From Acidobacteriota bacterium (GTDB taxonomy: Bacteria; Acidobacteriota; Vicinamibacteria; Vicinamibacterales; CAVVIG01): DNA of 64,000 nt. The stretch lies in the NCBI GenBank assembly GCA_025463215.1, contig JAOBWF010000234.1, positions 1,822 through 65,821 of the forward strand, given 5' to 3'. Position numbers and translations under genes: made by a program. This document shows positions 46,985 through 55,344 of this stretch, piece by piece (positions within the stretch are counted from its first letter, which is position 1; each line of letters starts with the position of its first letter). The notes below the pieces were generated by a model that did no database searches, was not told where the DNA came from, and saw only the letters and a list, made by a program, of their open reading frames with translations.

Positions 46985-47376
46985 TCGTCCTCGACGCCTC
47001 GGCGCTCCTCGAATTCCTGTTGCAGACTCCGCTTGGCACCCGGGTCGAGGCGCGCCTGTTTCGGGATGGCGACGAGTTCCATTCGCCCCATCTTGTAGAC
47101 GTTGAAGTATCTCAAGGTCTCCGACGCCTCGTCCGGACCGGCGAGGTGTCACGTGACCGAGCGGCCGACGCGATTGCCGATCTCGCCGACTTCGATCTCC
47201 ACCGTCACCCCCATCTCGACTTCCTGAATCGCGCGTGGAAGTTGCGGGAGAACGTCACCGCGTACGACGCCATGTACATCGCCCTCGGCGAAGCGCTCGA
47301 TGCGCCGATCGTCACCTGCGACGCGCCACTCGGCAGAGCGCCGGGTCACCGGACGCACATCGAAGTGATTGCGTGA
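46981..47376 (+). CDS. vapC: PIN-domain toxin (VapC-like ribonuclease)
   Basis: VIVLDASALLEFLL...HLVDVEV...TAYDAMYIALGEALDAPIVTCDAPL, giving the conserved acidic PIN residues. Confidence 0.8.
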   Translation: MIVLDASALLEFLLQTPLGTRVEARLFRDGDEFHSPHLVDVEVSQGLRRLVRTGEVSRDRAADAIADLADFDLHRHPHLDFLNRAWKLRENVTAYDAMYIALGEALDAPIVTCDAPLGRAPGHRTHIEVIA

Positions 47377-47568
47377 CGCTTTTTCACGCGTGAGGTCGTC
47401 GGTCCCGTTCAGACGGCATCGCGCAGGTCGCCGATCTCTCGACTGCTCGTGAACGGACGAATTCCCCGAGTGGAAGACGGCAATGAGGCAAGGCGATCCG
47501 CGAGACAGGCACGACGTCAGCGGGCGGTCGACGGTCAATGATCAATGGTCAGTGGTGGACACTAAACG

Positions 47569-48123
47569 ATGACTCGTTGTAGCTGGTGCGGTGACGACCC
47601 GCTCTACGTCGCGTATCACGACGAAGAGTGGGGCGTGCCGGTCCATGATGATCGGCATTTGTTCGAGATGTTGATTCTCGAAGGCGCGCAGGCAGGGTTG
47701 TCGTGGATCACGATTTTGCGCAAGCGCGAGGCGTATCGAAAAGCATTCGACGAGTTCGACGCCAGGAAGATTGCCGACTACAAGTCACCAAAGTTGCGCG
47801 CGCTCATGAACGACGCCGGCATCGTGCGCAATCGGTTGAAGATCGAAGGCACGGTCAAGAACGCGAAAGCGTTCCTCGCCGTGCAGAAGGAATGTGGCAC
47901 TTTCGACCGGTTCATCTGGCAGTTTGTGGGCGGCGCGCCGATCGTCAACCGGCTGAAGCCAGGCGACAGCATCGCCGCGACCACTCCCGAGTCGAACGCG
48001 ATGAGCAAGGCGCTCAAGAAGCGCGGATTCACCTTCGTCGGTTCCACGATTTGTTACGCGTTCATGCAAGCCACCGGCATGGTGAATGACCATGTCGTTG
48101 GGTGTGTGGCCAGACGTCGGTAA
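47569..48123 (+). CDS. tag: DNA-3-methyladenine glycosylase I
   Basis: MTRCSWCGDDPLYVAYHDEEWGVPVHDDRHLFEMLILEGAQAGLSWITILRKREAYRKAF. Confidence 0.9.
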   Translation: MTRCSWCGDDPLYVAYHDEEWGVPVHDDRHLFEMLILEGAQAGLSWITILRKREAYRKAFDEFDARKIADYKSPKLRALMNDAGIVRNRLKIEGTVKNAKAFLAVQKECGTFDRFIWQFVGGAPIVNRLKPGDSIAATTPESNAMSKALKKRGFTFVGSTICYAFMQATGMVNDHVVGCVARRR

Positions 48124-48462
48124 AATGTATTGAAGCGCTTTATAGATGAGGTGACTCCTCAGGTAGGATCGGCGCGCGTCCTGTGCGTATTGGTCGAGCA
48201 CTGACTGCCGCTCGCGGTCATCGTCCTGTCATCAACGGCGCCTCTCCCAACGCCATCAATTGTCGGCAATTTGTCACGCGCTGCGCTCGACCAAATGGTA
48301 AGGTCGAAGCAGTCTCTCGCGAATGCCGTCGAACGCCGGTTCCGCATCGATGCTGCTGAGTATCGGTGACGCCGGCATGCTTCTGTGCTTCGAACGGGCC
48401 GTCCACCGCGTTGTGCCGACGCGTGTGATGCATATCCCGTGAGCCGCGGGGTGTTCACCTGC

Positions 48463-49932
48463 ATGGATACTCTCCTTAGTCTTCGCGCGATCGTTGTCGC
48501 GGGTCTCGTCCTCGTCGCTGCTGCACCAGGACACGCGAGCGTGTTATTCAGCGACGACTTCGAGTCAGGGAAGGCGGCAAATTGGACGACCGTTTCGGGC
48601 ACGTGGGCAGTGTGCGCCGCGCCGACCGGCAATCGGTATTGCCAGTCCGATCCGGCCTTCCTCCCACCGCTCGCGTTCGCCGGCGATGTCGGCTGGGCAG
48701 ATTACTCAGTTCAGACGTCAGTGCGGCTAGATGACGACGCGAAGGGGCGCGTAAGCGTGCTCGGTCGTGTTCAGGACAAATACCACTTCTACGAACTGCG
48801 CCTCGAGAAAGACACCGCAGGCGTGAAGCGGTGGTGGATCGCGAAGAACGTCAGCAATCTGTACACGATTCTCGCGTCGGGTCCGCTCGATTACGCACGC
48901 GATACCGACTACGTCCTGAAGTTGACGCTCACGAGCGCGGTCCTGCGCGCTTCGGTATCGACGGATGGCGGCACGACGTACCAGGCACTCGGCAGTGCAA
49001 CTGATAGGCAATACCGCGTGGGCCGGATCGGTCTGAAGACGAAATCCACGGGCGCCGCGTTCGATAACGTGACGGTCCTCAGCGCCGGCGGGACGCCGCC
49101 GAACACGCGGCGGTTCGGCCACATCGTTCTTGTGACTCTGGAGAATCACAGTGCCAGTGAAGTGGTCGGCAGCCCGTATTTGCCCTACTTCAACGAACTC
49201 GCGTCCCAATATGCCATTGCGACGAATTTTTACGCGAATGCCCATCCATCGGCCCCAAACTATTTCGCGTTCACCACAGGCCGGCTGTTCAATCAGACGA
49301 CGCCGTTGCCCACCGGCACGAACAACGTCGTCCGGGCGCTGAACGCGGCCGGACGTTCGTGGCGGGCGTACTTCGACGAGCCGCTGAGCTCGGCAAATGT
49401 CTTTCCATTCCTACCCGAGGTAGCGGCCGACGCTAAACAGGCCGCCAACATCGTTTCAATCACGCCCTCGTTCATCGACGCGGTCAACAACAACGTGTTA
49501 CCGCGTTACGCGTTGGTCCATCCGCGATACGCGGACAATGGGCATGCGTGTCGAGGGGCGCAGCCGTGTCTTGGGACGACGGATATCTGGCTGCAGAAGT
49601 TCATCGCTCCGTACATCGCGAATCCGTCGTTCGCGGCAAATCACGATCTGCTCATCATCACGTGGGACGAAGGCAACCTCCTCGACCACACGTGCAGCAC
49701 CGGTCCAACCACCATTCTGCTCACGTCCGACGCCCAGAAGGCGGGCGCTTGGACCTGCGGCGGGCACACGGTGTTCCTGCTGATCGGCGCGGACGTCAAG
49801 CCGCGGTACGCGTCGACGACGATTTATCATGACGAGGCGCTGCTTCGCCTGATGCTCGAAGGTCTCGGGGTCACGAAGAACCTGCCGGGCGCCGCCTCGT
49901 TCGCGCCGAACATGAACGAATTCTTCAGGTGA
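48463..49932 (+). CDS. Secreted phosphoesterase-family (AcpA/PLC-like) protein with N-terminal lectin-like domain
   Basis: ATG 48463 (MDTLLSLRAIVVAGLVLVAAAPGHA). N-terminal LFSDDFESGKAANWTTVSGTW jelly-roll-like module, then HIVLVTLENHS...PNYFAFTTG, typical of phosphoesterases. Confidence 0.65.
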   Translation: MDTLLSLRAIVVAGLVLVAAAPGHASVLFSDDFESGKAANWTTVSGTWAVCAAPTGNRYCQSDPAFLPPLAFAGDVGWADYSVQTSVRLDDDAKGRVSVLGRVQDKYHFYELRLEKDTAGVKRWWIAKNVSNLYTILASGPLDYARDTDYVLKLTLTSAVLRASVSTDGGTTYQALGSATDRQYRVGRIGLKTKSTGAAFDNVTVLSAGGTPPNTRRFGHIVLVTLENHSASEVVGSPYLPYFNELASQYAIATNFYANAHPSAPNYFAFTTGRLFNQTTPLPTGTNNVVRALNAAGRSWRAYFDEPLSSANVFPFLPEVAADAKQAANIVSITPSFIDAVNNNVLPRYALVHPRYADNGHACRGAQPCLGTTDIWLQKFIAPYIANPSFAANHDLLIITWDEGNLLDHTCSTGPTTILLTSDAQKAGAWTCGGHTVFLLIGADVKPRYASTTIYHDEALLRLMLEGLGVTKNLPGAASFAPNMNEFFR

Positions 49933-50145
49933 TGGGTCGCATCATCACGGCGTATGCGTATTCGCGTTCATACTCCTGTGCGTAGGCGGAGCGGGCTGGC
50001 GCACTCGCAGCATGACGAGGGTGCCCGGGCGCGAGACGCCGGGGACCAGGGCTTCATTTCAAAGCCATGTCCGGCGCACTTCCTCGACGCACTGGCCTGG
50101 CGCCGCCGCTCCTAGTCACGGCCGCTCGTACGCGTCGTTCCTCGC

Positions 50146-51090
50146 TCAGAAGTTCACCCGGACGCCGCCGTTGATCACGCGCCCATCCGGCGGCGCCCAT
50201 GCGTCCACCGTAAAGCGCCCGTCGGGCGCCCGCGCGGTTCGCAGGAGCGGACTCCAGTCGGTTTGCCGGACGTTGCCCAGGCTCTCCACGTTCACGAACA
50301 GGCGCAGGCGTCCAATCCGCGCTCGACCAATCCACTGAACAGCACGTACGCGTCGCTCTCGCGCCGGTACGGATTGTCCTCGAGCCGCTGCCGGCCGGCG
50401 CCCGCGCCGTCAACACGTACCGGCCGGCGGGAAACAAAGATTGACGACGCCGGCAAGTGCGCCCGCTCCGTAGAGCGCGGACGCGACGCCTTTGATGACT
50501 TCGACCCGCCCGAGATCTGTCGGTGGAATCTGGAGCAGACCGAGACCGCCAACCGCTTCGCCGAACAGCGGCAGGCCGTCCGAGAGCACGCGCGTGTAGC
50601 GGCCGCGCATATCCTGGACGCGCACACTCGCCGCGCCGAGCGACGGCGACGTCGCCTGCACGCGCACGCCGCCCATCTCGTTCAGCATCACGACGATGTC
50701 GCCGGGGGTGATCAGCTGCTTTTCTCGATCTCGTCGCGATCGAGCACTTCGACGCGCATCGTCTGATCTTCGAGCCGCTTGTCCGACCGGGTCGCGGACA
50801 CCGTCACGGTCTCCTCAACCGTCGGCATGGCTTCCAGCTCGATCGTCACGTTCTGCGGCGGCCCGGACGACGATCGTCGTCGTCACCGGTGCGAATCCGA
50901 CTTTGGTCGCGGTGACCTCCAGCCGGCCTGGCGCGATGTCGATCCGGCTCTGACCGTGGCCATCCGTCACGTCGGTCCTTCCTGCAACGACAACCTCCGC
51001 ACCGGCCAGCGGCGCGCCGCCGGCCGTCACCGTGCAGACGAAACCTGACGGAGCCGCTTGTAACGACAACAGCAATGCCAGCATTGCCAT
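50146..51090 (-). pseudogene. Decayed TonB-dependent receptor (CarboxypepD_reg + plug + last beta-strands only; frameshifts and large internal deletion)
   Basis: Three frames carry consecutive pieces. First: MAMLALLLSLQAAPSGFVCTVTAGGAPLAGAEVVVAGRTDVTDGHG. Second: ...TVSATRSDKRLEDQTMRVEVLDRDEIEK / QLITPGDIVVMLNEMGGVRVQATSPSLGAASVRVQDMRG...VEVIKGVASALYGAGA. Third: ...RLRLFVNVESLGNVRQTDWSPLL...DGRVINGGVRVNF*. About 0.95 kb in total, far too short for a barrel. Confidence 0.65.
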
Positions 51091-51457
51091 ACACGCCTCC
51101 CCTGCATCCACGAGGGTCGAGACGATTCGCGGCGTTAGATGGTGCGAGGAGAGTGGTCGAGGTCGGTGTGAACATCCGCGATCGGTGCCGGTGCACCCGG
51201 CTCACAGACCCGGCTCACGATCTCGAGACGGACGAGGTCACTGACTCGGCGGGAGGCCGCGGCGGAGAGCAGGTCGGACAGTCTGCGCTCATCGCTGTTG
51301 ACTGCGTGGTTGTGAGGCCGCGTTGATCGCATCCGTCCGAGCAGAACCGCGGATCGAGGCACGCGATCGTGCCGAGGAGCACGAACAAGGCTGAGGCGAC
51401 GAGGCGCTCCGCCAGAGTATAGGGCTTGCGCGGTCGCTCGCCCACGCGCAGAATTGA

Positions 51458-51820
51458 GTGATGCAGCGCCGCTCACGACTCCGCGTCATCACCCGGACGC
51501 TGGTCGTCGTCGCGTCGATCGCGGTCAGTTCGTTCGCGGATCTCAGAGCCGCCGCGACGGCGATGGACTGCTGCCTCAAGACCAACTACGCATGTGCCGG
51601 GTTGAGCGCGCCGGACGATTGCTGCCAGCACATGGGTCACACGCGCGAGACGACCGCGGCCGGGACGCTGGTGACGGCGCCCGCTGTGGGCCCCGCTCGT
51701 CAACCCGTCGCTCCAGAACTCGGCCCCGATCCTGGTGTTCCGACCAGAGATCCGGTGGCCGCCGCGTTCACACGTCCGCACGATCCGCCCCACCTGCATA
51801 CGTTCAGCCTGCTGATCTGA
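51458..51820 (+). CDS. Secreted Cys/His-rich small protein (putative metal-binding)
   Basis: Signal-like RLRVITRTLVVVASIAVSSFA followed by MDCCLKTNYACAGLSAPDDCCQHMGH. First gene of the mer-like operon. Confidence 0.55.
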   Translation: MMQRRSRLRVITRTLVVVASIAVSSFADLRAAATAMDCCLKTNYACAGLSAPDDCCQHMGHTRETTAAGTLVTAPAVGPARQPVAPELGPDPGVPTRDPVAAAFTRPHDPPHLHTFSLLI

Positions 51821-51877
51821 TTCCCGCCGACGCGTCACATCTCGGGGTGTGCCTCCACGTCTGAAAGGTAGGGAATC

Positions 51878-52255
51878 ATGCGCGAACGCTTCGTCAGTCT
51901 GCTCGGCCTGACATCATCGCTGACCACGCTCGTCTGTTGAACGCTGCCGATTGTATTCGTGAGCCTAGGTCTAGGCTCCGTCATCGGCTCGGCATTCGAA
52001 GCGGCTCCATGGCTGATGCAGGTTGGCCGTCATAAGACGGCGATCTTCGTCATCGTCGGTGCGCTGCTCTGTGTCAATTACTGGCTCGCCGTCGTCCGGC
52101 CGAGGCAGATGAACTGCGCGCCTGGCGAGATGTGTCACATCGACAGCCCCGCGATGCGCGCCAACCGCGTGCTGTTCTGGATCAGCGTCGCCATTTACGC
52201 CGGGGCCGTGTCGTTCACCTATGCGGCGCTCTGGTGGGTACGGATGCAGTCATGA
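51878..52255 (+). CDS. MerT-like metal transporter with in-frame TGA at 51938-51940 (second position of the TM1 Cys-Cys motif)
   Basis: MRERFVSLLGLTSSLTTLVC-TGA-TLPIVFVSLGLGSVIGSAFEAAPWLMQVGRHKTAIFVIVGALLCVNYWLAVVRPRQMNCAPGEMCHIDSPAMRANRVLFWISVAIYAGAV. Compare MerT ...ACCLGPLVL... and ...CKPGEVC... The track ORF (GTG 51959) is the same frame. Confidence 0.6.
51961..51978 (+). other. SECIS-like stem-loop 3' of the MerT-like TGA
   Basis: GAGCCUA-GGUC-UAGGCUC: perfect 7-8 bp stem with apical loop GGUC (the same tetraloop as the E. coli fdhF SECIS apex). The GGUC lies 28-31 nt after the UGA. Confidence 0.4.
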
Positions 52256-53103
52256 ACATGAAACTGAGAACCGTGTTGGCCGCGGGCGCCCTACTGGTCA
52301 GCGCGCGCATCGCCGCGGCGTCCGGCCACGGGCCGGTGTTCGGCGCGGCCACGCCCACGCTCGGTCGCGGCGGCTGGAGCGTGGACCAGGCGTGGACGCT
52401 CCGCGGCGGCGATGACGACCAGCGTCAGCAGATGCTGAAGACGATGCTGTCCTTCGGGATCACGGAGAACCTGCAGGTGTCGGGTTCCGTCCCGCTGGCG
52501 ATGAGCGACGGCCGGCTGGCGCCGGCCCGAATGATGAGCGCGATGTCGAGCGATCGCGAGTTCGAAGGACTCGTCTCGTACCGCTTTCAGCGCCGCGCCG
52601 TCGGCATCGGCGGACGTCAGGAGAGCACCGCTTTCATCGGCGGTACCGCGCCGCTGGAATCGCGCCGCGACGGTGTCGGCGCCGGCCCGTCCATCGAAGC
52701 GGGCGCGTCGACCGGCTACGCCTCACGCGCGCACTACGTCTGGGTCGGCGGCAGCGTGCAGCACTTCACCGATCGCGAGGGCGATCGCCTCGGCGAATCC
52801 CGTCTCGTGACGTTCGTCTACGGGTACCGCCCTCCCGCTTTGCGGACAGAAGCCGGCAAGCCGGACCTGCGCTTCTTCGTCGAGGCCACCGCTGAAGATC
52901 GAGGCGCCGCGCGCCTCTCGGGCATCGAATCAGGAGGCTCCGCCCGCACGGTGTTCGTGGGGCCCAGCAGCCTGCTGTTGCACAAGGCCGTCGCGCTCGA
53001 AGCCGGCGTGCTGTTCCCGGCGTATCAGATCGTACCCGCCGGATCGGTGAAGGAGCGCGTCCGCATCACGGTCAACGTCGCATATTTCTTCTGGCTAAAA
53101 TAG
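52252..53103 (+). CDS. Putative outer-membrane beta-barrel protein
   Basis: MNMKLRTVLAAGALLVSARIAAASGHG signal peptide, alternating-pattern strands and aromatic C-terminal strand VNVAYFFWLK. ATG overlaps the MerT-like stop (ATGA). Confidence 0.55.
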   Translation: MNMKLRTVLAAGALLVSARIAAASGHGPVFGAATPTLGRGGWSVDQAWTLRGGDDDQRQQMLKTMLSFGITENLQVSGSVPLAMSDGRLAPARMMSAMSSDREFEGLVSYRFQRRAVGIGGRQESTAFIGGTAPLESRRDGVGAGPSIEAGASTGYASRAHYVWVGGSVQHFTDREGDRLGESRLVTFVYGYRPPALRTEAGKPDLRFFVEATAEDRGAARLSGIESGGSARTVFVGPSSLLLHKAVALEAGVLFPAYQIVPAGSVKERVRITVNVAYFFWLK

Positions 53104-53111
53104 GAGCAGCC

Positions 53112-53534
53112 ATGACCTTCACGCACATCGTGTCGACGACACTCGCGCTCGTCCTCCTGGCCGCCGTTCCGGCGCGCGCCGAGCTTCACCACACCGAGAT
53201 CAAGACGCTCGGAATGGATTGAGAGATCTGCGCCCACGCCGTGCGCGTGGCCATGCAGAAAGTGGACGGCGTCGAGACGGTTCGTGTCAGCCTGAAAGAT
53301 GGTCTGACGATTCTCGATCTCAAACCAGGGAACAGTGTCACCTTGGCGAACCTTCGCCAGATCATCAAGAACAACGGGTTCGTCTCCAAAGAGGCGACCG
53401 TCGACGCATCCGGGCGGCCGGATAGCTCCGACACGTTCGTCGTCAGCGGAACGAACGAGCGCATTGCGATCGCACGGCCACCGCAATCAGTCGGAGCCGA
53501 CTGGCGGCTATCCGTGACGGCGCCGAAGCGGTGA
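53112..53534 (+). CDS. MerP-like periplasmic heavy-metal-associated (HMA) protein with in-frame TGA at 53220-53222 (first position of CxxC)
   Basis: MTFTHIVSTTLALVLLAAVPARAELHHTEIKTLGMD-TGA-EICAHAVRVAMQKVDGVETVRVSLKDGLTILDLKPGNSVTLANLRQIIKNNGF. Compare the HMA signature GM(T/D)CxxC. The track ORF 53241-53534 is the same frame. Confidence 0.6.
53234..53250 (+). other. SECIS-like stem-loop 3' of the MerP-like TGA
   Basis: CCACGC-CGUGC-GCGUGG. The stem starts 12 nt after the UGA and the loop GU lies 19-20 nt after it. Confidence 0.35.
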
Positions 53535-53580
53535 GGAGGCCTGATGACTCGCAAGAGTCACTGGGGAACAGGTGTCACAT

Positions 53581-53769
53581 CTATCCCATCAAACCAAGCT
53601 GCTGCGCGACAGTCAGCCGATCGACAACCTGTCGATGTCCGATGATCCGGCCGTCCGCGAACGCGGCGAGAGAGGTCAGGATCCGAACTTCGAAGAACGG
53701 ACAAGGACGAGTTCTGCCGGTAGACCTCTTGCGCGAGATCGACCAGGAGGCCCGTCGACTCGTCGCCAT
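53581..53769 (-). pseudogene. C-terminal remnant of a SnoaL-like (ester cyclase) gene
   Basis: The tail ...FFEVRILTSLAAFADGRIIGHRQVVDRLTVAQQLGLMG* resembles the FADGKI.EHW.V.D...L.QQLG ending of ester cyclases. No credible N-terminal half. Confidence 0.3.
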
Positions 53770-53789
53770 TACGGAAGGAGGTTCGTGCG

Positions 53790-54500
53790 CTACTGCGTCG
53801 CCAAGGCCACGCTGGTCGCGGCCTTCGCGATGACCGTTGCCACGGCCTTGGGCTGTGACACGTACACAGCGTGACTGCCCTTGACTTCGGTCACCGTCGC
53901 ACCGGCGCGCCTTGCCATCGCGCGTTGCGCGTCCGGCGGAATCATCCGGTCGTCCGTCGAGACGAGATACCAGCTTGGCTTCGTCTTCCACGCCGGAGTG
54001 CTCACCGCGCCGTCGAGCGCGTCGAGTCCCCATGGCACCTGAGAATCCGCCATGAACGCCGCTGCGTCAGCGTTGACGTCCGCGGCGAACGACGCGCGGA
54101 ACTGCGTGCGATCGAGATACAAGTAGCCGTCCTGAGGCGGCAGGATCGGAGGGACTGGCGCACCCGGCGGCGGGTTCTTGATCAGCGCGGACACCGACTC
54201 GCCCGTGTCGGGAGCAAACGCGGCGATGTACACGAGCCCCGCGACCTTGGGATCGTTCCCGGCCTCCGTAATGACGACGCCGCCATACGAATGGCCCACC
54301 AGAATCGCCGGGGCGTTCTGCGCGGCCAGCGTGCGCTTCGTCGCCGCAACATCGTCGGCCAACGAGACGGTCGGATTCTGGACGACCGATACGTTGTAAC
54401 CGTCCTGCGTGAGAACGTCATAGACGCCCTGCCAACCGGACCCGTCTACGAACGCGCCGTGCACCAGAACGACGTTCTTGATACCCTGAATTGTCGACAT
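53790..54500 (-). CDS. Alpha/beta hydrolase
   Basis: MSTIQGIKNVVLVHGAFVDGSGWQGVYDVL...ILVGHSYGGVVITEAG (nucleophile elbow GHSYG). RBS GAGAGGAGAA. Confidence 0.85.
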   Translation of the reverse strand: MSTIQGIKNVVLVHGAFVDGSGWQGVYDVLTQDGYNVSVVQNPTVSLADDVAATKRTLAAQNAPAILVGHSYGGVVITEAGNDPKVAGLVYIAAFAPDTGESVSALIKNPPPGAPVPPILPPQDGYLYLDRTQFRASFAADVNADAAAFMADSQVPWGLDALDGAVSTPAWKTKPSWYLVSTDDRMIPPDAQRAMARRAGATVTEVKGSHAVYVSQPKAVATVIAKAATSVALATQ

Positions 54501-54817
54501 CTGATTCTCCTCTCTTTTTCTGTGTCGTGTTGGACCCGGCGCCCGCAGCGCACATAATCACGAAAGTTCTCGCGAATCATCCACTCGTGGACGTACGCGG
54601 GACAGCGTGCCAGCCGCATGCCCTGCGTTTCGCACTGCAGTAAGAACCGGACGACCTCCACGTCTACGAGGCTCACCTCGCTCAGGTCGAGGACGACGTC
54701 GCTCGCGTGCTCGCTTTCGACCAATCGGCGGAGGTCGCGCAACTGCCCCGCGTCAATTCGCCCACTCACGATCAGCGTGGTCGTCCCGGCGTTCTTTAGG
54801 CGTGTGATCTTCAGCAT
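54446..54817 (-). CDS. STAS-domain protein (anti-sigma-factor-antagonist-like)
   Basis: MLKITRLKNAGTTTLIVSGRIDAGQLRDLRRLVESEHASDVVLDLSEVSLVDVEVVRFLLQCETQGMRLARCPAYV. The 3' tail overlaps the hydrolase start. Confidence 0.6.
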   Translation of the reverse strand: MLKITRLKNAGTTTLIVSGRIDAGQLRDLRRLVESEHASDVVLDLSEVSLVDVEVVRFLLQCETQGMRLARCPAYVHEWMIRENFRDYVRCGRRVQHDTEKERRIRCRQFRVSRTSFWCTARS

Positions 54818-54968
54818 CGGGATCGATTACTGCGGTCGCCATGAATGGAGCAAGGGGGATGCCGGCCGTAAATCGTTGCGTCCTATACGTGTCCGGCGGC
54901 TTTGGCGCGAAGCGTCGTGAGCATCACTCGCGGCGATTCGCGAGCCAGGCAGACCGCGACGTCCTGGA

Positions 54969-55301
54969 ATGGCTTCTCGGCCGAGGGCCGATTTTCACGT
55001 GACCGAGCCACGCGATCCAGCCCAGGCCGATCTCGAACGGCTGATTCTCGGCGCAACCGGAGAGAGCTTCCGGCTGATCGTCGACAAAATACCCGGTCTC
55101 ATCGCGGTCATGACGCCCGAAGGCGGAGTCGAGCACGTCAACCGCCAGGTGGTCGAGTCTTTCGGGCGAACGCTCGAAGAATTGAAGCAATGGCGGACGA
55201 CAGACGCGGTTACGGTACGCGCCTGCATGGCACGTCGCAGGATCACACGGGCTCGCAAGTGCGTCCCGCGAACGTGCAAGCCGAGCTCTGCGGTTTTATG
55301 A
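54969..55301 (+). pseudogene. Truncated PAS-sensor fragment
   Basis: FRLIVDKIPGLIAVMTPEGGVEHVNRQVVESFGRTLEELKQWRTTDAV is the first half of a PAS fold. It then degenerates into an Arg-rich tail, and no kinase core follows. Confidence 0.4.
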
Positions 55302-55344
55302 TCAGGCACTCTGTTTGCACTTGTTCGCGTCGCAGAGGTGAACA

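Noticed and set aside
51135-51476. Possible small divergent gene upstream of the mer-like operon. Frame A reads MGERPRKPYTLAERLVASALFVLLGTIACLDPRFCSDGCDQ.... Frame B reads ...RRLSDLLSAAASRRVSDLVRLEIVSRVCEPGAPAPIADVHTDL.
   Set aside because: Both frames show coding-like third-position GC, but neither gives a recognisable family or a complete protein. It may be a frameshifted gene. I left it uncalled.
18790-53222. Genome-wide reassignment of UGA (to Trp, Gly or Cys) as the explanation for the in-frame TGAs.
   Set aside because: Many well-supported genes in the window terminate at TGA at the expected protein ends (for example 9962-9964, 13183-13185, 2526-2528 and 14851-14853). Only four internal TGAs occur, all at Cys columns and next to normal TGT/TGC codons. 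Site-specific recoding or nonsense mutation fits better.
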